Of a stretch of DNA of 64,000 nt, positions 1 to 11,599 are shown one piece after another. Every line of letters starts with the position of its first letter. The first letter of the stretch is position 1. This stretch comes from Histomonas meleagridis 2922-C6/04-290x (Eukaryota; Protista; Parabasalia), in contig JAANOX010000273.1 of the NCBI GenBank assembly GCA_020184695.1, positions 248,001-312,000 of the forward strand, given 5' to 3'. A program made the position numbers and the translations under genes. The notes under the pieces are model-generated. The model searched no databases, was not told the DNA's origin, and saw nothing but the letters and a program-made list of their open reading frames with translations.

Positions 1-560
1 AGTGGCAAAACGATTAATAATTGAATGAGTACTGAAAAATTGGCGGGCAAAATGATTTGAATGAGTTCTGAAAAAGTTAATTTTGCATTGAAATCTTAAA
101 ACGCGTGTTTCTCCACACAGGAGCATTTTTTTTTCAATGACGTAAAAAGTAAAGTATTGAATTATTTTACAATGAAAAAAATTTAGGTGGTAATTGAACG
201 TTAAGGATGAAAAATTGGCGGGCAAAAATGATATTTGAATGAGTTCAGAAAACAAGATTTGAATGATGTTTTCAATTAGTGTCAAACGTAAAATTTTTTG
301 AATTGACATTGAATTTAGTGGCAAACGTAAAAAATATTTTATGACGAAGTTTATGACGAAGGATAATGTGAACGTTAAGGATGAGTGTTAGAGTCGAACG
401 TTAAGGGAAAATGAAATGTTATGTGAAATACAAGGAAGAGCAAAAAAAATGTTCAAAAATTAAATTCAATGGTGATGGGAATCGAACTTGAGGCGTTGAT
501 AAAAAACGCTACGTAAGGGAATTGAACGTAAGGCGTTCATTGAAAAAGTGAAAAACTGAC
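1..560. repeat. Imperfect short direct repeats, probably the subterminal region of the Maverick
   Basis: AAAATTGGCGGGCAAAA occurs twice (~36 and ~211), GAACGTTAAGG three times (~197, ~371, ~397), and TAGTG(T/G)CAAACGTAAAA twice. No ORF. Confidence 0.55.
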
Positions 561-614
561 ATTGAAATTTAAAAATTAAAATATCTCGTTATGTGATAGT
601 TATTTTTATATAAT

Positions 615-1211
615 TTACATATCAAACGATTTCTTGTCGTTTGTAGTCTTCGCCTGAAGGCTCGATGCTCGCGTGTGCTCGCTTCCCGGGAAAGTTATTT
701 TTAAGCCTTCAAACTCTTTTGAAAACGTGATATTTTCATTTCCAACGTAAGCATTTAATGATATAATTTTATTGTCAATTTCTTCTCGTTTCTCGACTAA
801 TTCGTCAGTGATTCGTTTTACGATATCATTTCTGGCTTTCATAAATCTATTATTTAATTCTGCAGGAGCAATATTTACAAGTTTCTTTTCATTTGTTTTA
901 GTAAGAATGTTATCGGTAAACTTTAAATTTACTGATTCAAGAAGTTTTAAATTCTTATCATAAAATTTAACGCCTACAAGAATATTATTATGAAGTATAG
1001 GTTTATTTGTTGGTTTATCTATCTTCACTGTTGTATTATGATTATATTTGAACTCAACGGCGGCGTAAGGCGTCTTGCCGGAGCAAGACTTGTCTTGCGA
1101 CTTAATTTTATATTCTGATATCAAATAATCTTGGAATGATTCGAGTCCTTGACTCTCAGAGAACGAACGGCTCTCTGAGCCTGAGCTCCTTTGGAGCGAA
1201 GTTCTTTCCAT
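615..1211 (-). CDS. Maverick hypothetical protein (198 aa) with GC-rich hairpin inserts
   Basis: Open ATG-initiated ORF; no recognised domain. Confidence 0.6.
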   Translation of the reverse strand: MERTSLQRSSGSESRSFSESQGLESFQDYLISEYKIKSQDKSCSGKTPYAAVEFKYNHNTTVKIDKPTNKPILHNNILVGVKFYDKNLKLLESVNLKFTDNILTKTNEKKLVNIAPAELNNRFMKARNDIVKRITDELVEKREEIDNKIISLNAYVGNENITFSKEFEGLKITFPGSEHTRASSLQAKTTNDKKSFDM

Positions 1212-1251
1212 TTATTAACGGTAAAAAATTTATTTTTATAAATAAAAAATA

Positions 1252-2157
1252 ATGCGAAAAATTTCTTTAAAAGAGGTTGATAAAAAATTTGATGAGATAG
1301 AAGAATTGTTTGATAAATTAGAAAAACAAAACAAAGAAATTTTTAGAGAATGCAAAAGATAAAACCAATACATGAAAAAAATTCTTATTTGCTCAAAAAC
1401 GGAATAACAGCTTTTATAGCGCCGATGGGTTCAGGCAAATCATATCTTTACGTTAAACTCGGAGCGAAACAAGAAGTATTATTTAACGAACCGTTTTTTG
1501 AATTAATAACTATTTGTAGTACATCCTCAAAAATTTGATGAAACAGTAAATACTTATAAGGAAGCAATAAAGAAAACGAAACTTGTTGCGATAAAAGATA
1601 CTGATTTGTTAGACTGGATTAATAAACATATACGGAGAATTATTACTATAATTCCATCATTAAATATATCAATTCTGATTTTTAAGAAAACGGAGGAAGA
1701 AGAAGAAAGATTATTTATGAAATATAATATGAATAACTCAGAGAAGTTATTAAAAAAAAAAAAAAAAAAGTTAGCGAAATATCAATGGAAAACTTATCCG
1801 CATAGATGTTTGTTGATATTAGATGATTTTGCTAATCATCCTTTGCTGAGGAGTAAAGAAACGGAGATGTCAAGATTATTGAAAAAACTCAGACACTTTA
1901 ACATTAACGTTATCATTTGCGTACAAACAACAAAAAGTATACCAAAAGATATAAAAAGAACTTTGTCAGATATTGTATTATTTAATGGAATTGGAAGTGA
2001 AGACTTTTTTGATTTGTTGAAGGAATCACCAGCGAGTGTTTTTGACGCAAAAGCTTTATGGAAAGAATATAGCAAAATGAAAGACCCACACGGTACGTTT
2101 AGTATTCACATTAAAGCACGAAGAGTTATTATAAATCAAAAAATAAAAGAATCTTAA
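1252..2157 (+). CDS. A32/FtsK-HerA-type genome packaging ATPase (frameshifted at A-runs)
   Basis: Walker A APMGSGKSY (ORF 1350-1538). Walker B LLILDDFA, KKLRH and ICVQT (ORF 1606-2157). Frameshift at TCAAAAATTTGAT (expected S-K-F-D-E). Confidence 0.85.
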
Positions 2158-2183
2158 GATTCGGAAACAATGTTTCATAAAAA

Positions 2184-2946
2184 TTATTTTTGATTTTGAA
2201 TCTCACCGACAAATAAATCTTCATCCTGTATGCCTTGAACAGAAATTGTTATATACATTGGATTCAGTAAATGTACTTCGTGAAGGTTTGCGTCAACGAG
2301 TGTCAACTGTATATGTGACAAATCATTAGAATTTATGTCAATTTCAAAATCAGCGTTTGATACAATAATCGGAAAATTTGCCGAAAAAGAGATATTGATT
2401 CTAAGAACGATTTTTTTGAAATGTTAATGGTTTCGTTTAAATTTCTATAAGAACTTTTTTTCCAACATTCGACAAAAGATATAATACTGGAGTTGATAAA
2501 GTATTTCCGACTGATTCAGCGAATATTTCAAATGTATCTGTACCATTAAATGTTGATGGTATAGGAAGAATTTGTGAGTATAATCCTGATATTTGAATTA
2601 TATTATATGAAGCATTATTTATTGTAAAGGCATTTGAAGAAGTAAATACAATTCTACCGGCTTCGTCGACTTCAGACGTAACGCCTGATTCTTGAATTAA
2701 AGAATTCAACAGTAATATAAACGTTTGAGAGTTTAAGTCAGTGTAATCATTATTGAAATAGTATTTTTTACCGTTAATCTGTATAAAATCATCTTTCTCA
2801 ATAACAACAATAGAACATTTAGTCGTTAACGATGTTACAATCATTTTTGCTTGACGTGTTGGCGGTGACGGTAAGTTTACGTCAATTCTATTGTAATGTT
2901 CAGCGTCGTAGGAAGAAATTGTATAATCAATTACTGCATTATACAT
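2184..2946 (-). CDS. Putative minor capsid (penton-like) protein, frameshift near 2450
   Basis: Beta-rich ORF 2437-2946. It continues in another frame as SANFPIIVSNADFEIDINSNDLSHIQLTLVDANLHEVHLLNPMYITISVQG to the stop at 2184. Size and position are typical of a penton. Confidence 0.65.
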
Positions 2947-2991
2947 TTTATATATTGTAAAAATTTATGAAAAACATATATAAAAAATTCA

Positions 2992-3161
2992 AGGGTTAAA
3001 AAATCACAAAAAGTTAACCTTTCAGTAACTCGAGCAAACATGCAATATTCATGTCAAATCATTCGAAAAACGCTAATTTTATCCGATTCGTTAAGGGTTA
3101 AAAAAAGGGTTAAAAAAAAGGTTAAGTTAACCTCAAAATTTTAATGGTACTTTTTTAACAT
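2992..3161 (+). repeat. Internal inverted repeat, left copy (~170 bp)
   Basis: Reverse complement of 12871-13041. First ~70 bp nearly identical, then scattered mismatches, one ~20-nt diverged patch, then identity again. Confidence 0.95.
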
Positions 3162-3362
3162 ACTTTTTTAACATTTTAATTTATGTAAAATGTTTTTTAT
3201 TGGTGTTTGGATGTGTGTTATTGGAACCATTTACGTTTTAAATTCAATCGTAAATACAATGATAAAAATATATGTTGTATTTAACGAAGAGGAAGGAGAT
3301 AAAAAAGAAATCCCTGAAGATATTAAAAGGTCACTTTACTCTTAAAGTACAACAGTTTTTTT

Positions 3363-4077
3363 TTAATTATAAAGAAATACTAATTGAATAATAAACCTGC
3401 AATATTTCGGATAAATATTATTTTTACCGTTTGTTGTAAATCTAATGTTAAATGTTGAGCCATCAGTTGGCGCGTTATATAATACAGTAGGTTTTTTTTT
3501 TTTTTTACCTTTGATGCCAATGAATCGTCTCTTCGAATCACTAAATGAAGCATGAAATTCTAAATACTCTCTGTTCCAAACATTATTAAAAGTCATTACT
3601 TCCGTTTGAGTTGACAAATAACTTATACTTTCTGACGTTACATCTTGATTTAAGAATTTCAAAAAACTTTCTAAATTAGATGTAGTACTTCCTGAATCAA
3701 CAATCGCAAATTTTTGCGACAAGTTTTTGGCTTTCATCCGAGCCTACATAAGTACAAGCAAAATATAAATTGCCTGAGTCTTCGTATTCATAAGATAATC
3801 TATAACTCGCAAATGAATTATTAAAACTATTACAAATTGACGTTAAAATTTCAAATAAAGTATTTTGCGCCATAACTTGAATTTTAATGATACGTGGATT
3901 AGGTGAAGAACCACTGACGCTTTCAGGTTTAGTTACTTCAAACTGTAATGAGAAAACGTGAGCGGTCGGCGTTATATCTAATCTTCTTATGCCAATAGCT
4001 TTATTCTGTGACGGAGACTCTAACCAACGTTGAGGATAACGGAAAGTATAACCATTTTTGAGGATTTAATACTTCAT
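3363..4077 (-). pseudogene. Maverick beta-rich hypothetical protein (possible structural protein), disrupted
   Basis: Reads ILKNGYTFRYPQRWLESPSQNKAIGIRRLDITPTAHVF..., then joins ORF 3363-3737 across a frameshift. Confidence 0.5.
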
Positions 4078-4089
4078 AAAAAAAAATTT

Positions 4090-7000
4090 AAAGGATATCA
4101 ATAATAATATTAAAGTTGATGATATACTTACTGGAGAAAAAATAAAAAAAAATGCATATATAATTGAAATGTTCGGTAATATAAATAAAGTATTGGATTT
4201 ATATAAACAATTCGTAAAAATCAATGAAGATAGTAATAATGTTTCAATTACAAATTTAATTATTGATACCATTAATGGTTATTCAACAGATGATTTTGCA
4301 TTAAAAAATCATACACATGAAATAATTAATAATGATTTAGCTATTAATGGTAGTCTTGTCGCAAACACCATTAACGGATATTATATTTCAAACAGTATTG
4401 GAGGAGGTTCTAATTCAACAGTAAATATTCCATCAATCGCGACTATTAAATCAGATGGAGTCATGGAAGTCGGTGAGTATATTGATTTTCATTATAGAGA
4501 TGATTATAATAAAGATAATACGTGGAGAATTAGAGCAATAACCGATACATTAAGTTTTTCAAGCAAAAGGTGGAAGTACAATTAGTTTTAATAATAACGG
4601 TAATATAACAGTAAATAGTATTAATGGTATTTCTACAAATGATATATCACTAACGACGCATAATCACGACGACAAATACTCTCCGTTAAATCATATTCAT
4701 AGTGATTATCTAACTAATGCTAACTTAGAAAGTATTAATCATAAATTAACAGGAATATATTATAATGAAGAAACAATTACTAATGAAGAAGAAGAAGAAG
4801 ATATTACTGAAAAATATACTTTAATAAATCAAGATCTTATAGTTAATGGTACAATTAATGATATTAACACAGAAGAAATAGCTTTAGTTCGAGACGGAAT
4901 TTTATCTACCGGAGACGTTATATCATTTGAAAACGGAGTCAGTATATCAACTTATGATAATACTACTGATGAAGGAATTACTGAAAATAATTTATTAATA
5001 AATTTTCCTAATGGTAATAGTATCATGTTAGAGGATAGCGGACATACTTATGGTATAATTAATAATGATGGAGAATTAAAAAACAGAATACTATTTAACA
5101 AAACAAATGATTATTGATGACGAAGATATACAAGAAATTTTAATGGGACCTCCAGGTGAAGACGGTGAATCTACATATAAAGAAAGTTTTGTTGATAGTA
5201 TATTTGATATTATAGATACATTTTTTACAGCTGCTGATACAGCATATACTATAGCTCAAATTGTAAGTCAAATAAAAAATTTTGGGTGGGCAGGATTTTT
5301 ATATAATAGTTTTGGGATTAATGTTATGAAGTCAAAAGGTTATTTACCGTTACCATCATTGAAATCAGTAGTTTTTGATGAATATGATATATCGACAGGT
5401 GGAATGTTGGAAGATTTAGAAGTTCCAAACGCTGATGATATTGACCAAGAATTTAATGAATATAATTATTTAATAAATCTATTCCCAGAAATGAATATTA
5501 TATTTAAAAATTTGAAGTATTATTATAAAGACGTCTCTAAAGGTCAAAGAACAAATGAATTAGGTCTTTTATTAGTCGATTGTCAGATATATAAACGTTT
5601 CGTTAATCATAAACATGATAATTATTTAATAGCTGCTGATTTAAATAATTATACAGGAATAACTTATCATAAAGATTTATTAGAAACTAATGAAGAGGAG
5701 GAAGAAATATATGAAATCTACACGTCAATTAATCAAGATTTAAAGGTTAATGGATCGCTGATCTCCGATAGCTTTAGCTGTCGCGGTAATGTTGAATGTA
5801 CAACAATTAATGGTATTGATTTAGATGAATTATCTGTTATCAGTAATGATATATTTAATATTAACAATAAATTAACAGGTATTACTTTTTAATAAAGGTT
5901 ATGTCGATACAAATGAAGAAGAAGAAATTTATGAAATTTACACGTCAATTAATCAAGATATAAAAATAAATGGTAATATAGAATGTACAACTATTAATGG
6001 TATTGATACTAATAACTTTTCTTTAACAAATCATACTCACAATCAATATTTAACTAATGATAATTTAACTGATATAAATAAGGCTTTAACAGGAATATCA
6101 TATAATGAATATGGCGATTGGACTAAGATTGAACATGATTTATTAGTAGGTAATGATATTTCATGTAGAATATTGACAGCAAGTCGTAATATCAATATTG
6201 ATTGTAGTAAATATTCAGATGATACAAATATTTATAAAGGATTGTTTATTCATAGAACTAATGCAATGCCGGGTGATTCTATTAGGATGGAAATAGGTGT
6301 ATTGCCTAATGGAGATGATTGTAGCGTAATAGAACATTACGTAGGTTCTGATGATAATATTGATACTTGTCTAAGATTCAAAGTTTGTGATGGCAATTAT
6401 GTAAGTATATTTAGAAACGGTAATATTAGTTGTAATAGTATTAATGGAATTGATACTAATAATATTTCATTAACAACACATAATCATGATGATAAATATT
6501 CTTTATTAAATCATAATCATACAGAATTTAATAATGCTATTACTATTAATGGTGAACTTATTGTAAATAGTGATATATTTATTGATGGTAATATAAATTG
6601 TATTTCTATTAATAATATTTCTGTTGATAATTTCTCATTAAAAAATCATACTCATGATACTATTGATAATGATTTAAATGTTAATGGTAATTTATATTGT
6701 GAAACAATTAATGGAAAAATACCTGAAGAATTCTCATTAAAATATCATAATCATGACGATAGATATTCTTTTAACATACACACAACACATAATCATGATG
6801 ATAAATACTCTTCGTTAAATCATACTCATAATGAATACTCATTAACAACACATAATCATGATGATAAATACTCTTCGTTAAATCATACACATGAAATAAT
6901 TAATAATGATTTAGCTATTAATGGTAGTCTTGTCGCAAATTCCATTAACGGATATTATATTTCAAACAGTATTGGAGGAGGTTCTAATTCAACAGTAAAT

Positions 7001-7986
7001 ATTCCATCAATCGCGACTATTAAATCAGATGGTGTAATGGAAGTTGGACAATATATTGACTTTCATGATAATAATGATTTAAATAGTGATTATTCTTGGA
7101 GAATAAGAACTGCCGGCAATGTTATGTATTTCGGTAAACTTGATAATAATGATGGTGTTATTAGTTTCAATGGAATTGATGGTAATATAAATTGTATTTC
7201 TATTAATGATATACCTGTTAATAATTTTTCTTTAAATACACATACTCATAGTTATAATGATATTACTGATAAACCATCAACATTTACTCCATCATCTCAT
7301 ACTCATCAACCTGCTGATATTGTTCCTTATCAAAATTCTGTATTAAAAAAACAGGAAGATTTTTTTAGATTTCGTTTTTCATAATAATTCAACAGAAGCA
7401 CCAGGTATTTATACTTGGAGAATAGCATCATATGAAAATGAATTAGGATTTTGGCATATATCAGATGATACATACAGAAAAGCTATTATATCAAGTAGTG
7501 GTGGAGGTCAGATTAATAAAACTATTGTGCATAATGCGCCGATAGACGAAACATTAACATTAAATGATTTTTGATATTGGCTCTCCTGTATTTATAACAG
7601 GTAACGTATATAAATTAAATAATAATAATTATACTTCAGTTACTGATTCTACTAATTGTATTCCTAGTGTTAAATCATCAGGAACTTATAAAGAATTTAT
7701 CGGAATTTGTACAGCAAAAACATAACTCTGGTGAAATTTTTCAAATAGGAGACACAATTAAACAAGACATATCGATTAATCAAGATACAATTGATTTTGC
7801 AACTCACGGAGATTATTATTTTTAAAGTTACTGATTCATCAAAATATAATATTGGCGATACAGTGCTTTATGATGAAACTATATTAGATGACGAAACACC
7901 ATTAACGGCAAAAATAAATAATATGATTATTGGAAAAAGTCACCGCTATTATATCTGATTCTCTGTTAGCTGTATTTCGGCAATAA
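4090..7986 (+). CDS. Large fibre/spike-like protein with HxH repeats, split by frameshifts
   Basis: ORFs 4169-4585, 5107-5892 and 6173-7384 plus intervening frames share modules THNHDDKYS, NHTH, NxDLxxNG and EVGxYIDFH. C-terminus reads ...IIGKVTAIISDSLLAVFRQ* (stop 7984-7986). Start approximate. Confidence 0.65.
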
Positions 7987-8272
7987 TATCGCGAATTCTT
8001 TTTAATGATTCATTCACATAAATTAACACTTCATTTATTTTTTTATGTTGTTCTGCAATAATATTTTTATTCTTTTTACTTCTTTTATCCTTCGGTTCGT
8101 TAATTTCTAAATATTGTTTACAAATTTCTAATGGTGATTTTTCTATTAAATCATTTTCTACAATAAATATAGTCATTAAATGAATATATAATTCATTTAA
8201 ATGAATTTTTGCAGTTTCTATTTCTTCGTTAATATTTTCATTTATTTTCTTTATATCAAAAAATCTTTCCAT
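7949..8272 (-). CDS. Maverick hypothetical helical protein (107 aa)
   Basis: Open ATG-initiated ORF, convergent with the fibre gene. Confidence 0.5.
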   Translation of the reverse strand: MERFFDIKKINENINEEIETAKIHLNELYIHLMTIFIVENDLIEKSPLEICKQYLEINEPKDKRSKKNKNIIAEQHKKINEVLIYVNESLKRIRDIIAEIQLTENQI

Positions 8273-8323
8273 TTTATATAAAATAAAAAAATAAAAAAAA
8301 TAAAAATTAACTTTAAAAAAATA

Positions 8324-9166
8324 ATGCTAATTTATAAAAAATTTATTTTTTTAATTTCTATAAAAATGTTAATGAAAAATTCTTGTTCTGCTCTTGTTTC
8401 GGAAAATCAAACGTCTGCTTTATGCTTAACTAAATTAAATAATATAAAGATTGAAAATAAAATTAATGATTCAGTAAATGATTATTCAAATACTATTAAA
8501 GAATATAAAAAAAATAAAATCTTAAATCATCAACTTCCCGTTGAAGTTAAATTAGAAAGAAATCAACAATATTTAGAACAAATTTTAGAATTTGCAAAAT
8601 CAATTCCTGCTGTAAGTATTCCTGAATTAACACTTGATGTTTCAGTCAAAAGTTTCTTAAAAATTGAAATTGAAAAAAGTGATTCAACAGAAATAAAAGC
8701 GTTAATTAGAAAAATTAACAGAAAAACACAAACCTTTTCTTGTAATCACTCAGCACTCGAACGTAAAGCATTAACATATAATGCTGATGTATTAAAATTA
8801 CGTAAAAGGTCTGAATTAAAGATAATTGATGATTTTTATAAATTATTAGCTGAGTATTGCTGGCGAATTAAAAATAAAGATTTAAGAGGAAAGGAATTTA
8901 ATGAGTTTAATATTGAAATGTATGATGTTGATAAAGTTATTGAAGCTTCAATGAATTTTTCGGCTGAAGTTTATAATTTCAACGCTAAGTATCATTCACT
9001 GAAATGTGATAAATGTGAAAAATTGATGAAAGAATATGAATATTCATTAGAAGATATAGAAGATAGAAGAAAAGAAGCGGAAGAAAGATTACAAGATGAA
9101 ATTAAAAGGATTCAAGAAGAAGTTGATGAAATAGAAGATAAAGAGAATATTAATGATTTTTTTTAA
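8324..9166 (+). CDS. Maverick hypothetical protein, acidic coiled-coil C-terminus
   Basis: 280-codon open ORF; the true start may be a later Met. Confidence 0.55.
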   Translation: MLIYKKFIFLISIKMLMKNSCSALVSENQTSALCLTKLNNIKIENKINDSVNDYSNTIKEYKKNKILNHQLPVEVKLERNQQYLEQILEFAKSIPAVSIPELTLDVSVKSFLKIEIEKSDSTEIKALIRKINRKTQTFSCNHSALERKALTYNADVLKLRKRSELKIIDDFYKLLAEYCWRIKNKDLRGKEFNEFNIEMYDVDKVIEASMNFSAEVYNFNAKYHSLKCDKCEKLMKEYEYSLEDIEDRRKEAEERLQDEIKRIQEEVDEIEDKENINDFF

Positions 9167-9416
9167 AAAGTATTTTTCCAAAAAAAAAAAAAATTCCTCT
9201 TATGTCAATCGTTAAAATGTGGAAAGCAGTTAAAAAGCGTATGATTCGGAAAGATGAGATTAAAGGAATGCTTGAGGAAACAGGAAATTGGAAAATAACA
9301 AACGTTCATAATACACTTTATGCTACAAAAATAAAAGAATAAAGATTCGGGAACAAAGTTTAATGAAAAAAAATAAACTTAGTTTTAAAAAAAATTATTT
9401 TTTTATTTTTGATAAA

Positions 9417-11538
9417 ATGCCAAAAAAATTAGACAAAAAAGAAGTTAGAAATTTATTTGAAAAATACGGTTACACTTTACCGAAAAATTTTGTTTATAGA
9501 AATACTTCAACTCCACTTGAAGTTTATGACGAACAATATCAAAATCATATAAGATTAAGTGTTAATCAATTAAAATATAGAATATCAAGAGGAAGAGCAG
9601 AATACATCCCAGAGGAAATTAATAATTTAATGAATCTTCCATTAAGTGATAATGAATCGAAGCAGGACCTAAAATTAATAAAGATATTAAAATGACTTTA
9701 ATTGATGAAGACGGAAGAGAACAATATTTGCATGCAAACAAAAATACAGTTGAATTTTTACGTGCTGGATTAAATAATGAAAGAGTGATTGGTGATACGA
9801 ACGATGTTGTGTTTGAACATATGTTATTTATTAAAACCATTCATTTTGAATTTAAAGATTTCAAAAAAGGAAAGAGAATAAATCCAGGATTCTTTCCTTA
9901 TATCAACACGTCAGATATTGATTTAAGAAAATTTGGAATATTTACAGACGTTAATGATTCTAATATAAATGAATCATGTTTAATTCAAGCATTTATTGCT
10001 TCAGAAGTATTGAAAGAAGATGAGTTAGAATTACTGAAGAGTTTTATTCAAACGCGAACTGTTCCAAGAAGTGAGTTAAAAAAAGAATTTCTGACTTATT
10101 AAAAATCAAAATTGAAGTCAAAATATTTTATTCAGAAACTAAAAATACATCAAGAAAGGTATTTGGCGAAAATTACAACAGAGAAATAAAACTAATAATT
10201 ATTGAAGATCACTATATGCTAAATTCTAAAGTTAATGTATCGGAATGTTATATAAAGAATTATGATAAAATAAATGCTGATTCAAGATTTAAAAATCATA
10301 ACAGAAAAATGATGTTATTAAAATTTGATGATAAAAGATATTCGTTCTCTAAAAAATCTCTTGGCATAAGAAGCTTGGTTTATTTAATGATACAACATAA
10401 ACTTTTGATTCCAATGAATCAACAAACAATAAATAAACTTTCATGGAGTTATAAGAAATCAAACGAAAAAACATTTAATTCTTATAGAAAAATATTTGTT
10501 ACTGATAAAAAACCTTTATCGATTTATTCTAAAAAAGTTAAGTCGCAGACAAGTCTGCTCCAGCAGACGCCTCAAACAAAAAGTTTCTTTGGATACATTC
10601 CAGAAGAAAATGAAATCCCGGAGAGATTAAAAGAACTTCAAGAAGTTATTGATTCATTAAATTTGAGGAATAGAATAAATGTATCAAGATATTATAAATT
10701 TTCTGAATTAATGCAAAAGATAATGTTTGAGTTCGGATGTTTTGATAATGTATATTCATTTTCTGGAGAGATTGCAGATAAAATAAGATCTGAAATTCAT
10801 TTTCCAAAAATTATTTGGAATAAGATTTATTTAAAAAAAAAACTTTATTATATTGATCAATGCGGTGCGTATATGTCAAGTGTTCAATCAATTCCTGCTG
10901 GATTACCTGATGCTAACGGAAAGTTTAAAGAAGAAAACACAAAGGTAAAAGAGTTAATAGAAAAATTATATGATGCAAGAATGAAAGCCAAATTATTGGG
11001 AAAAGATAAATTGTCAACAACATTGAAATTTTTGATGAATAGCTGCTGGGGATTTTCGATTCAAAAACCAAAAATTATAAAACATAAATTTGTAAATAAC
11101 GTTAATAAGTATATTGATGAATTCGCACCTTATGTATTAAAATACACTTATAATGCAGATGGAATTTCAGGATTTGTTGATACAGTCAATCCGTTTGTTG
11201 AAAATTTCACTTATCCACAATTTGCGAAAAGTGTTTTAGATAATTTTAATAACAAAATGGGTTTGATAAATAATCTTGTGAAAGTCTATTACTCCAAAGT
11301 TGATTCTGCGTTAATATCAGAAGAAGATTTTATGTTATTGAAAGATAAAGGATTTATTGGTAATGAACTCGGTAAGTTTAAGATTGAACATGTTTTCACC
11401 GAGATATATTTTAAATCTCCCGAAAATTTTATTGGTAAGTGTGTCGATGGAAGTTATTATTACCATTGCACACCGAAGATTAAAAAATACTGTGAAAATT
11501 CAAGTGATCCAATAAAGAAGTTAATGAGTATGAGCTAA
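9417..11538 (+). CDS. polB: Compact family-B DNA polymerase with N-terminal OTU-like region (frameshifted)
   Basis: Motif A YIDQCGAYMS, motif B KFLMNSCWG, motif C YYSKVDS, then LGKFKIE. Upstream NESCLIQAF ... IIEDHYML. Frameshifts near 9660 and 10080. Confidence 0.75.
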
Positions 11539-11599
11539 AAATAAAATTTATGAAACTTTGTTTCAAGCATATATATAATAGCATTTAAAAGCTGAATAT

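Noticed and set aside
465-500. tRNA-like segment on the minus strand (AGTTCGATTCCCATCACCA)
   Set aside because: B-box-like core, but the T-stem does not pair and there is no A-box or cloverleaf.
3014-3101. piggyBac-like MITE (TTAA-CCTTT...AAGGG-TTAA) inside the inverted repeat
   Set aside because: The putative TIRs match at only about half of positions, and GGGTTAA recurs several times locally, so the boundaries are not unique.
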